DNA of 63,428 nucleotides, counting the filler, from Reclinomonas americana ATCC 50394 (lineage: Eukaryota): the NCBI GenBank assembly GCA_048213135.1. It is 11 parts of 11 records of this genome, joined end to end, with 100 filler letters (N's around TTAATTAATTAA, not from the genome) between each part and the next. Parts side by side here need not be neighbours in the genome. Positions count along the whole stretch, not along the records: positions 18,421 to 24,064 come from AFZH01019781.1; positions 24,165 to 27,598 come from AFZH01019782.1; positions 27,699 to 39,615 come from AFZH01019783.1; 8 more parts are not named here. One strand, given 5' to 3'. A program made the position numbers and the translations under genes. Below are positions 22,974-34,705 of the stretch, piece by piece; the first letter of the stretch is position 1, and every line of letters begins with the position of its first letter. A model generated the notes under the pieces. The model ran no database searches and was not told the DNA's origin. It was given only the letters and a program-made list of their open reading frames with translations.

Positions 22974-23831
22974 TCACAGCTCCTCTGCACGACCATTACC
23001 GTCTTCATCGTCGTCGTCGTCGTCGTCGCCATCATCATCTTCATCATCGTCTGCCTCCTCGTCCTCAACATCACTCTGAGCAACAATCACGGGTGTGGCG
23101 GGCTTGGTGGTGGCACTCTCTTCCTCCACATCGTCGCCCTGCACGACAATGTTGCCACTCTCGATGATCGTGGTCGACTTCTTGTCGCTGCTGGCCTCCG
23201 TCTCGGTGGCAGCAGCAGCGCTGGCGGCAGCGGCCTTGGCCTCGCGAGCCTCCGGAGCCTTCTCGATGGCCGCATCGATGATCTCCAGAATCTCCTTGCC
23301 GCGGCGAGCCACCTCCTCGTCGTCGTCGTTCGGCATGATGGTCTCCGTGGTCGGCTCACCATCCGCAGTGTCCTTGCCGTGTGTCTTGAAGGTGGACTTG
23401 CCGGCCACTGTGCATGCGAAGTTGGTGAGGGACAACAACATCGACGCAGCGTGAGGCTGGAGAGCAGACGCAACAGTCGGCAGCGACCTCGCGAGCGGTG
23501 CGACCTGTTGAATTTCATTGTTAGATTGCTTGGTGGTTACAGAATTACAATACCGACAAGGCCACTCACCCTCCTTGTCCTTGATGTCAAACTCGGACTT
23601 GATCATGGCTTCGGCGATGATGCGCACAAACTTGGGATCGCCAGTCGTCACCGCACCGTGCAACGCAGTGAAGCCTGCAGAAAGACTTGAGTCACTAGTA
23701 TCTCGATCCCACAGAAAAAAAAGACAAACCATCCATGGTGGCAATCTCTGCAGGGGCAGCGCCGAGCTCCAGCAGCAGCTTGATCATTTCGTGATCGCGC
23801 TCGGCCATGGCACCGAAGAGGATTGGGTTGC
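22974..23831 (-). CDS. Ankyrin-repeat protein, C-terminal part with acidic tail, 5' partial
   Basis: GNPILFGAMAERDHEMIKLLLELGA..GFTALHGAVTTGDPKFVRII; D/E-rich tail. Confidence 0.75.
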
Positions 23832-24164
23832 CTGCACAAGGGACAAGGTGGTGAGATGAGAGAAGCGGGAAGGGAGAGAGTAGAGGGAGAGAGAAGAGGG
23901 GAAGGGAGAGAGAGAAGAGGGGAAGGGAGAGGGAGAGAGAGAGAACTTGGTGCACGACAGAGGGTGAAGAGGAGAAATATCCGGGAGTGAGGGAGAGTAA
24001 AAGACAAAAGAGAGAGAAAAGGGGAGAGGCACGAGGCGAGAAGATGAAAGAAAGAAGAGAGAAANNNNNNNNNNNNNNNNNNNNNNNNNNNNNNNNNNNN
24101 NNNNNNNNTTAATTAATTAANNNNNNNNNNNNNNNNNNNNNNNNNNNNNNNNNNNNNNNNNNNN

Positions 24165-24251
<87 letters not shown>

Positions 24252-24252
24252 G

Positions 24253-27200
24253 ACCGGTTGATCTGACACTGGCACTGCCGACCTCGGATGCTTTCATTGC
24301 TCTGGACGCGACACACAAGTCGCCCACCGCGTCGCCGAGGAAGCGCTCGCGGAGTAAGCGCACGATTGACTTGACCGGAGGCGCCGACTCTCCCGAGCTG
24401 ACGCTGCCGGAGGCGGTTGCTGCTGCCGCCGCTGCCGTTTCTCCTCGCAGAAGGCGACGCAGCTCGAGTCGTGGCAACAAGACGGCGCACATTGCGGCGG
24501 CTGTCGTGGCCTCGCAACCCAAGTCAGTCATGCAGACGCGCTTGGAGGAGGTCGCCGCTTCCATGGCCGCTGTCGGTGGACCGGATGCCGCCTCACCGCC
24601 CATCATGTCGCCGCTGTCGTTCTCGAGCGTCATCTCACCAACCAACTCCACTCTTGCTTCCATGTCGTTGCGTCTGCTCTGAAGGGGTAGGGAGGAAGGG
24701 TGAAAGACATGCAGCGTCCTTACGTGTGCCCGCGTTGCAGTCCGTCGTTTGCATCGCCAGCCAATGTGTCGACTGTAATGACACCGACGCTGGCCGTGAC
24801 GCCGCCGTCGCAACCGGTAGTAGCTGCAGTGGCGCAGGAGCCTCCACCGGAATCCGCCGTGCGCAAGTCGACATCGCCACCACCGCCGCCACTGACCATC
24901 CCCACCACGGTGTCGGCGTTCACCCCCACCAGTTCCCCGTCGGGCGTGCGTTCGCCCGAAGCTCGTGTGGTTCCCACGCCTCAAATGCCTTCGACACCAC
25001 CGAAGAAGATCACCGTGACGTCGCCCTTTGCTGCTTCTGGTTCATCGTCTACCACCACGACGACGACGACGACGGTGCAGTCGCCGGGCTCACCAGCAGC
25101 AGCTGCGGCGGCTGTGGTTACGTCGCCGACGATTGCCGGCGCCAGCATGGTGTCGGTGGTGACCAGAGTACAGGATGCTGCCGTGTCGCCGGCGGCCTCC
25201 GAGTCGCCACTCGTGTGCATTGAGGATCCGCAGGATGACAGTTTTGGTGTGTGCTCTTGTGGTGAGATAATGTGTGTCGAGTGCTGAATGCTCACTTATT
25301 TCTCGTTGAAGAAAATGTTGATGTTGGCGGCACCATTCCCACGAGCAAATCACTACCCTCGCTTGCCGTTCCACCCACACACCCAGAAATGGTGGACCGC
25401 GAGACACAAGTGGACGGCAGTTTCGTGCTTTTCAGTCTCATTTCACCACTCCATGAAGCTCACCCCCACATGCGTGCGTGCAGCACTATCCGTGTCGCCA
25501 CGAGCACGCCCGCCGTCCAGGAAACGCAGCGCATCTGGTGGTTCTGCCTCGGGCGTGGCCGCCGCTGCGGCTGCTGGATCGAGTGGCCAGCGCCGCCAGC
25601 GAGCACCCAAGAAGCGTGTTGCCAAGATTGCGGTGGTGAGTTGACCCAATTTCGTGCGCTGCCTTGTTGCCGTCGCTCACATGTTTCTCCCTCTCTGTCG
25701 CAGCAACCCGTGCGGCAGCTGTGCCGCGCGGTGGAGTCGTTCCTCGACGAGCACCACCACGACCCGGCTCTGCGTGCGGTGCCGACGCTGGTGGCCTACG
25801 AGGATCTCTCCACGGTGAAGCTGGAGGTGCTGGTTGGTCGTCTGCAGAACTGGACGGAGCGAGCGAGCTTCATCAAGGCGCAGCATCCGGAGTTCTCTGC
25901 GCGTCACCCCGAGTTCAACTTCAAGCCGCGCTTTGCCGAGATTGAGGAGCAGCTGGACCGCGCCGGCATTCGCCGCATCAGCGACATTCTCGAACGCAAC
26001 TACCGCGCCAAGCAGTTTGAATTGATGACGGAGAGAAGGGTGTGTTGATTGGTAGCAGGGGTTATTCTTGTTGTTCTTGCAGCATGCTCAATCGATGTTG
26101 GCGGCACAGATGTTGAATGAGCGACAAGAGCATCTTAACGTGCAGGAGAAGGAGCTAGTCAATTTGCACACGCAGTTGCTGCAGGAGGAGGAAAGAGTGC
26201 GTCACCCAAGCGTGTCCTCAACTCCTCCACCCTCCCCTCTAATCAGCACTCGGCACACAGATACGCAAACAGCGGGAGGAGCTGTTGAAATTGGAGGCCC
26301 GAGTGGCCGCCGCACAGGCCGCCGCCGAGCCGCAGCCGAGCGAGGTCCGGCCGTCGACGCTGCCAGCACTGGAGGACCACACGGAGGTGATGACGGCGTC
26401 GCTCGGGCACGAGGTCATTCAGCGCAGTCGGTACGACACGGCGAGCAGTCGTGTGTACTGCATCGACTGGCCGCTGCCGAGTGGCATTGTCACCGACTGG
26501 ACATTTTTCTCGGACAAGGCCGGTCGTGCGGTGCATCCACTCATTTTCCGTCGCTCCGAGTTCGGCACGTGGTCGTACTGCTGCGTGGGTAAGGGGCGCG
26601 AGTCGAATGGGCTCGGGAGGCAGACGTTCCCGTTTGAGGCGGTGGCGGGGTTGCCGCGGATCGACATGCATGATGGGAGTCGGTTTTACATGGGGTTTGT
26701 GGATGTTGGAAAGGTGAGCCGCAAGAGGGAAAGAAAGGGGAAGGGGGTGATAGGGAAAGGGAAAGGGGGAGGAGAGGGGAAGGGCGGAAGAGGGGAAGGG
26801 AGGTAAAGGGAAAGGGGAAGGAGAGGGGAAGGGAGGTCAAGGGAAAAGAGAACGGCGGAAGGGAAAGAGCGAGGAGAAGGGAGGCAGAGTGAGAGCAGAT
26901 GGATGGTGCAAAGCAGGGAGGACCTGTACGGGTGTGTGAGAGAGAGAGATAACGGTAGAAGGGATTCACGAGAAGGGAGGCAGGAATGTGCAGGAAAGGT
27001 ACAGAGTGAGAATGACTGGATGGTGCATTGAAGACAGACAGATTGTGAGATGTGATTGTTTGTGTGAGGGGTGAAAAGAAGGAAAGAGAGAATGAGAATG
27101 CAAGGGTGACACGCAGCGAAAGAGGGTGTGTGTGTGCGTGTGTTTGCGCCTTGTGACCTTTTGCAGCTCTTGCGGATTGATTGCATGTCCTCTCCGGGTG

Positions 27201-27427
27201 TCTGTGTGACTGCCTTCGTTCGCTGAATCGTGACTTGTTTTCAGGGCGTGATTGCGTGGGACGATGTGCGAGACCGCGGGGCCGGCATGCGTGTGCACGA
27301 ATTCGGATCGGCGTTCCGCGGCAACCTGCTGGCCGGCGTCGACCGCACCATCGAAATCTCGCAGGAGCTGTCGCGTGTCTACTCGGTGCAATTCACCGTC
27401 ACCAAGCCGCGCGGCACGATGTTGTAG
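24253..27427 (+). CDS. Hypothetical protein: Pro/Ser/Thr-rich region, coiled coil and C-terminal beta-rich domain, 5' partial
   Basis: Exons join in frame through GT-AG introns, including GTTGCG at 24667; ends ..YSVQFTVTKPRGTML*. Confidence 0.6.
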
Positions 27428-27949
27428 CCTCTTCGAGAAGAAGAAAACGTTGATTGAAAATAAGGAAACGCGCGAGAGCTTGTACTGTCACGACAAAGGG
27501 GGAGGATCATTTACAATGAGGTGGAGGGAAGAAAAAACACACACGACCGCCATTTTTTTCTGTCGTTTCGTCGAGTGCTTACATGGCGGGCCCAGCAGNN
27601 NNNNNNNNNNNNNNNNNNNNNNNNNNNNNNNNNNNNNNNNNNTTAATTAATTAANNNNNNNNNNNNNNNNNNNNNNNNNNNNNNNNNNNNNNNNNNNNGG
27701 GGGATGAGAAGGAGAGGATGGGCAAGAGGCACAGAGAGGGTCACACATAGGAGCAATGTGAGAGACATGGAACTCAGCATGAGACAGAAGCAAAAGAAGC
27801 AATGCAAGACGTAGGCATTGAAGCGCGTTCTGAAGGAGGGAAACAGTGTGCGAACGTGACAGAACTCAGCAAGAGATGAAAGTCAGCAGATGCGACGACA
27901 CACAGAAGGAAGGCGAGAAGCGAGTTCTGAACTCAGCACGAGACAAGAC

Positions 27950-28299
27950 TGGCAAAGCAAAGACAACAGAGGAGCTTGAGAGCAAGAACACAAAGAGACA
28001 AGACGGCACAATACGAAGCACCAGAGACAACAGAGGAGCGTGAGAGGGAGAACACAAAGGGATAAGAAGGCACAACACAAAGCACCAGAGACAGCAGAGA
28101 CAACAGAGGAGCTTGAGAGCCACGCAAAGAGATAGGAAGGCACAACACAAAGCACAAGAGAGAGACAACAGAACACGAAAAGAGAGAGACAACAGAACAC
28201 GAAAGAGAAGAGAGAGACACAAGAGAGAACAGAGACAGAGAGAGAGAATACGAGTCAATAAAGAAGGCACAACACAAAGCACAAGAGAGACAACAGAAC

Positions 28300-28338
<39 letters not shown>

Positions 28339-28895
28339 ACACGAGTCAATAAAGAAGGCAAAACACAGCGCACCAGAGAGACAAGCAGAGACAACAGAGG
28401 AGCGTGAGAAGCAGAACACAAAGGGATAAGAAGGCACAACACAAAGCACAAGGGAGAGACAACAGAACACGAATGAGAGACAAAGGACATACGAATCACT
28501 AAACAAGGCAACAACACAGCGCACCAGAGACAAGCAAAGACAATAGAGGAGCGTGAGAGGCAGAACACAAACGGATAAGAAGGCACAACACAAAGCACAA
28601 GAGAGAGGCAACAGAACACGAAAAGAGAGAGAGGGAGAGAACATACGAGTCAATAAAGAAGGCACAACACAGCGCACCAGAGAGACAAGCAGAGACAACA
28701 GAGGAGCGTGAGAGGCAGAACACAAAGTAAGAAGGCACAACACAAAAGCACAAGGAGAGACAACAGAACACGAATGAGAGAGACAAAGGACATACGAATC
28801 ACTAAACAAGGCAACAACACAGCGCACCAGAGACAAGCAAAGACAACAGAGGAGCGTGCGAGGCAGAACACAGACAAGCAGAGACAACAGAGGAG
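27950..28895. repeat. Degenerate tandem repeat with ~150-bp period (A/G/C-rich)
   Basis: Recurring blocks GGCACAACACAAAGCACAAG..AGACAACAGAACACGAA and GAGACAACAGAGGAGCGTGAGAG. Confidence 0.85.
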
Positions 28896-29849
28896 GGCGC
28901 ATAAAAGCGGACACCCCGAACATCATTATGCACACACCATGCATCTCCGTTCCCTGATGCGGCTGCTGCTGCTGCTGATGCTGATGCTCCTTCTTGTCCT
29001 TATCATCGTCGCAGCAGCAGCAGAAGATCCGGCGCAGGCACCGACAGCATGCAACGCAGCATGAGCCTATATACAATGCACATCATGTCAATCACTCAGT
29101 CACGCACAGAGAGCGAGAACAAGAGAGAGAGATGTATAAAGTGACGCAACACTGTGAGATTGTTTCGCGTATGTGTGTGTCAAGAGCACGCAGAGAGGTG
29201 AGTGAGAGGGAAGCGCGCGAAAACAGGTGAGTTGCGGTGACTGACCGCGCAGCAGGCACAGCAACTGTGTGTATGTGTGTGAGTGAGTACGTGCGTGAGC
29301 GATGTGTGCGCAAAAGGTGGGAGGAACGCAACGCGGCTTCGCAGAGGCACATTGTTGGGTTTGGCGGTTCAGATGCGTTGTCCTGTGCGCGGTTTGGTTT
29401 TCCCTCCTCTTCCACGTCGACGTTGGTGCTCTTGGTGATGCGAAGAGTGCGCGACGTCGTAGTGGATGCTTGACGTGTAAAAGTGTCGACTGCGACGGCA
29501 GTTGCGACGTCGATACCGACTTCGATATCTTGCTTTTGCTGCGTTTCTTGCAGCTGCAGCTCATGCTCAGTTGATGCTACGATTTGTAACAATCCCTGGC
29601 CTCTTAGTTGATATGCTAAAGGTCGCACAGACGCAAGGGTGAAGTGGACAAGCTGCAAGGGTCATTGGAAGTGGCCATGGGTCAAAGATCATGATTGCAA
29701 GGGTTGAGGGCAAAGAACGACAGTTGCTAAGCCCACAGGGTTGGCGCTGGACGCAAGGCAAACAGAGCCCAAGGAGGTCACCGTCTGGCAAATCCCGAGT
29801 GCACAGGTGCGGGAAGATCCAGCCCGCACTTCACCTCCAGCGTAACCCC

Positions 29850-30884
29850 CTCAAACCCGAGCACCAACACCTCGCAAGTGAGCCTTGACCACAAAAGCAA
29901 GCAAGCCTTGTCGTGCCAACACGCCAACAAGAGAGTCTCCTCGCGACGCTGAAGCAGCTACACCATATCCGCCGCCAGCAAGCAAGTCCCATTGCATCCT
30001 CTCGCAGACGCACAAGAACCCCCGAGTCTCACAAGGCGCCAGCACAGCCACCACTACAACAAACACTACTCGTTTTCCCTTCACTCACCACCTAACCTCA
30101 CCTCCCACCTCCTTTTCCTCCATTCCCACTCCACTCAAAACCCCGATCTCAATCGCGGCGGCAGCGGCACATGCACCGTCGGCGGCGCCGGTATCTGCGG
30201 CACACCACTACCTCCTCCACTCACCGGTGGTGGTGGCGCAGGTGCAGCAGCAGCTGTAGTAGTCACCGTCGACGAGGCCGAGCCCACAATCGACGACGAC
30301 GAGCTGCCCGTCGCATCGCCCGCATCCTCCAACGAGTACACCCGGTCGTGCCGCGCCATCGGCATCGACAAGTACATGGGGTTAATGAACTGCACCGTCT
30401 CGCCACGCGCCACCAGCTCCCTCGCCACCTCATCCGGCACACCCCAGCCCATGCCCGACTGCGACCGAGGTTTTCTGGGTGGCGGCTGCGGTGGTGGTAA
30501 TGACTCATCCTCTGCCTCCTGCTCTTGCTGCTGCTGGTGTTGACGCACCACTGCGCCCACGTCTTCATCGCGCAGCGCCACTGATCCCACTCGACGATGC
30601 GCGTGTGTGCTGCGCTGCGAGGCCGCGGGACTGCATTGCAACAGGAACTACACACGCGACACCAATCAGCGTGTCGCACACACACACAGAGACACACACA
30701 TACACACGAGCGCAACTTGTTCGCGTAATGAGAGAGAGGGCCCTGTGGCCGCGGCACCCGTGGCCACCACAGTCACTGTCTGTGCGACTGCGGTGGTGGT
30801 GCCTGCGGAGGCTGCCGCAGCGGCCGCGGCCTGTGCAGTCGCCGAGGCCACAGAGGGCGCTCGTGGAGGCAACCGCGAGGCCAT
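29850..30884 (-). CDS. Hypothetical low-complexity protein; 3' end uncertain
   Basis: MASRLPPRAPS..SLREQ, then a GTTGCG intron at 30716, then FLLQCSPAASQ..GWGVPDEVARELVARGETVQFINPMY. Divergent from dsdA. Confidence 0.5.
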
Positions 30885-30956
30885 TACACGCGCGCGCGTG
30901 AGAGAGCTGACTGAGACTATGTGAAATTTGCTGCCTGTATCTCTCTGTGATCACCA

Positions 30957-33158
30957 ATGTTATTGCGCGCGTGGTTGTCGAGCGTCACCGGCGCCTTACA
31001 CAACACGAATTCATGTACGCGCGCTGCTTTTCTATTTGCATGTGTGTTTCACTGTCGTGCTGCCTGATCTCGATTATGCAGGTCGGCAAGCACAGCGGAC
31101 ATGTTCGTGTTTGCGGGAGCATGTGAGTGGTGGGAGGGAACGCGTGCTGTTTGTGGCCGATCGGCGGCATTTGCGTGATGCGACCATCAATGAGCGTTTT
31201 CTGGGCGAGTGGGAGATGCAGCGTGTTTTTCCGCGCGCGGCATTGATCACGGCCGAGAAGCAATTCGCGAGGTATGATCACCCCCTCTTGCTCTTGTGCG
31301 CAGAGGGTGGGCTGCTTACCAGGCGCGCATAGCTATGTTCCGGTGCTTCGTCAGCTGTTTCCGCGGGAGTTGGGCGCTGCGGGCACGGTGACATCGCCGC
31401 TGATTGATGGCGGTGATCAGTGGGGTGTCGAGGGACGAGTGCTGGTCAAGGCGGATCACAGTTGAGCTGCTGTTGCTGAGAGCAGGTGTGTGCGTGTTGG
31501 TCACTGACTGTGTATGTGTGTGGCTTTCGTAGCGCTGCCGATTGCGGGCTCGATCAAGGCGCGTGGAGGCATGTTTGAGGTGTTGTCGGTGGCTGTGCAG
31601 GTGGCCAAGAAGGCCGGTCTCTTGCCAGAGGAGCACACTGCTGGTCTGTGTCTGTGTGCGTCTGCCTGCTGCTCGTCCACCAAGCTCACTGCGGTCTTGC
31701 TGCAGAGGATGTCATGGTGCTGGCCTCGCCCGAGGCACGACGCGTGTTCGCGCAGCATCGTTTGGCTGTCGGTGTGTGTTTGTCGTGCCCTCTGCGGCAG
31801 AGACTTGTGCTCACGTGTGTGGCGCGCAGGAAGCACTGGCAACCTCGGCCTCTCGATTGGTCTCACTGGCTCACGCCTCGGATTCCACACCACCGTGCAC
31901 GTCTCCAACAACGCGAAAGAGTGGAAGAAACGCGTGTTGCGCGAGGCCGGTGTGCACGTGATGGAGCACGACGGCGACTACTCGCGTGCGGTGGCGCGTG
32001 GACGGTATGTGTCTGCGAGAGTGTGCGTGTGTGTGCTACCGCAAGCACTCACGCGTCAACACGCAGTGAGGCTGTGCGCAACGACCCACAGGCGCACTTT
32101 GTCGACGACGAGAACTCGATTCAGTTGGGTCTCCTGCGCTCTTCCTTCTCCTTTGTGGAGTCTGACTGGCGGTGTGGCGCAGTCTGTTTGCCGGCTACGC
32201 CACGGCGGCACAGGAGCTCTCCGGCCAACTCAAGTCGATGGGCGTAGCGGTCGACGAGCAACACCCGCTCTTTGTGTATCTCCCGTTCGGTGTCGGCGGT
32301 GCGCCGGCGGGTGTCACCGCCGGATTGAAGCATCATTTTGGTGGGTCTGCCGGCGTCGCTGTCTCTCTCCTCCTCTCTCCCTCTCCATCTGACCGACACT
32401 GCGCAGGCGACAATGTGCACTGCTTCATTGCGGAGCCCGTGCAAGCCTGCTGCGGCACAATCGCCATGATGCAGCTGGCGCATGTGGAGCGTGGTGAAAG
32501 GTCTCTCTGTCTCCTTGGTTGCTTGAGTATTTTGTCGTTGTCTCATGCTGTGTTGCGGCGACAGACACGACTTGCCTCTGGCGTCCGTGTACGCGTACGG
32601 CTTGACGTGCAACACCATTGCGGATGGTCTGGCGTGCCCCTCGGTCTCCGAGCTCGCCATGAATGCCTGCGGCGTGGCCTGGAGCGGTGAGTTGCTTCTT
32701 CTGTGCCCGTTGATCAGCAGAGAGAGTCTTACCTGCTTGCGGTGGGTACAGGAGCGTACACGTTGCACGACGACGACATGCTGCGGATGGTGTACATGGT
32801 GCGCGAAACGCTGGCGCTGTCGGTGGAGCCGTCGGCCAGTTGCGTGCGCAGTGCACATACTCTTACACGTTACGTTGCTCACCTCGACTCGCGATCTGCA
32901 CGCAGCTGTCGGCTTTTTCGGCCCGTCGTTTGTGGAGCACACCAAAACCGGCCAGCAGGTGACGCCCTCATCTCCCTCCCCCTCTCTGCTTCTCTCCCTC
33001 ACCTCTGCTCTCAGTATCTACGCAGTGTCGGCGGCACGGCGGCATCGTGGCGCAATGCTACACACGTGGTGTGGACCACGGGCGGCATTCGAGAGCCACC
33101 AGAAGAGTTCCAGCGCAACTACGACCGAGGTCGTCAACTTTTTGCTGGTCAATGAACA
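30957..33158 (+). CDS. dsdA: D-serine dehydratase, bacterial DsdA type (PLP fold II), with a putative mitochondrial presequence
   Basis: Diagnostic motifs [12 protein letters not shown] (PLP lysine), [77 protein letters not shown]; about 11 introns. Confidence 0.93.
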
Positions 33159-33174
33159 AGAGCATACACACACA

Positions 33175-34623
33175 TCAGATGCCATTTAATCTCGGCTGTG
33201 GAAGGTTGCGCGAGGCCACATACGATCCACGATTGACACCACTCATGCACGCCACATTGTTCCAGCCGGGGCCAACGTCGCCGTGCAGGCCGGCGGAGGC
33301 AACTTCTCTCGGCGGACCCTCCATCGCCACGACCATGCGTCGCGTCACCGAATCCATCGCCCGCGCCTTTCCCGTCAACTCCAGGTCCTGGATCACACGG
33401 CGACCGCCCTTGGCGGCCACTGGCCGCGCAAGGATGGCCTCGTCGCGCAGCAACGACATGTTGCGCGCCAGTGTGGGATCGTTGGCTTGCTCGACAGCTG
33501 ACGCTCAGAAGTGAGAATAGGGTACAGTGAGAGCACACAAATGGGTTCGCAACAGCAGGTGGCGGTGGCAGTGCGGTGGAGGGCGCGCTGTGTGCGCTGG
33601 AAATTCCACTCCTCCTTTTGTTCCTGCGCGTGTCGCTCTCCCGGCGCCGAGAATTCGGTGGCCTTGTAGGTGCTGAAGTTGGACTTGACACTGCTGCGCT
33701 TCTCGGGCGATGCTGGTGTGCGTTTTCGGGGAGAACTGCGTGCGCCTGTCGCTCGAGTGCTTCCGTACGTCGTCAGCGGCACGGAGCACTTGAAGGCCTT
33801 GATGCGCTTCTCGCGCTCCTCGAGCACGATGCTGAAAATGTGTAAGTGTGAGCCGCGTGTGTTGTGGTGCACTGCGTGGGGTCAAGAGAAACGCACTCTT
33901 GCAGCTGCGTAAAGGTCGTACAGTCGGCCACGAGGTCGAGCAGTACGTCGGGCGACAGCGACAAGCCCGCCTTGCTGACTAGGGGGTTGGCGGCGGCGAT
34001 GATTGTCGGCCAGTCCGACTGCGGAATCGCGAATACATCTCCGTGCTGCACGAAAGTCAGCCGCTCGTCGACGTGCGCGTACCACTCCTGCTCCCCCCAC
34101 GAACCGCATAGACTGACACAATGAACTCGTCCTCCTCCGCACGCAGCATGGTCAGCTGCTCGCCGTGATTGACCATGTGTCGGTGCTTGGGTCCGCCGCC
34201 GCACAAGTGCAGAACTGCTCCCGTGCGCTACAATAAGCTCAACGCACCGCGGAGACATGGAAAGGGCAAAAAGGACACAACTGCCGTCTTCGTCGCGCTC
34301 GCCTGGTCCAAACTTGGCAAACGCGAACAGGCGAGCCGCTGCACGTGGATGTGCCACATCCGATGGGAAGCAGAACTCGAGTGCCGCCTGTACTACTGGT
34401 GCGAACTTGACTGGTGCGGTGGCCTCGCTTCCACTCTGCTCATGTGACGCGCAGTGAGCAGAGTGAGGGAGTGACAGACAGTGCACTGAAAACAGAGAGA
34501 ACAGACCGCGGTTCCATGCAGCAGCTCATCTGCGGGGCCGGTCAGACGCCGCACAACACCCTGTGCCTTCAGGCTGCTCCGCGCGGCTGTGGAGGAGGGC
34601 GAGGATGAGGAGCGAGTGGCCAT
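33175..34623 (-). CDS. Hypothetical multi-exon protein
   Basis: Protein-like frames (WYAHVDERLTFVQHGDVFAIPQSDWPTII..LLDLVADCTTFTQLQE; IFSIVLEEREKRIKAF) between dsdA and DNAJC21. No family recognised. Confidence 0.5.
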
Positions 34624-34705
34624 CTGTGGGCTCACGGATTGAAAACCGACGAGAGGGACAGTTTTTTCTTGCCACACAGGTCTACGGTGTTTACACAAAA
34701 ATCAA

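Noticed and set aside
30957..33158. Bacterial contamination explaining dsdA (likewise the YeeE and caspase-like genes)
   Set aside because: These genes carry host-type spliceosomal introns, and dsdA shares a contig with DNAJC21.
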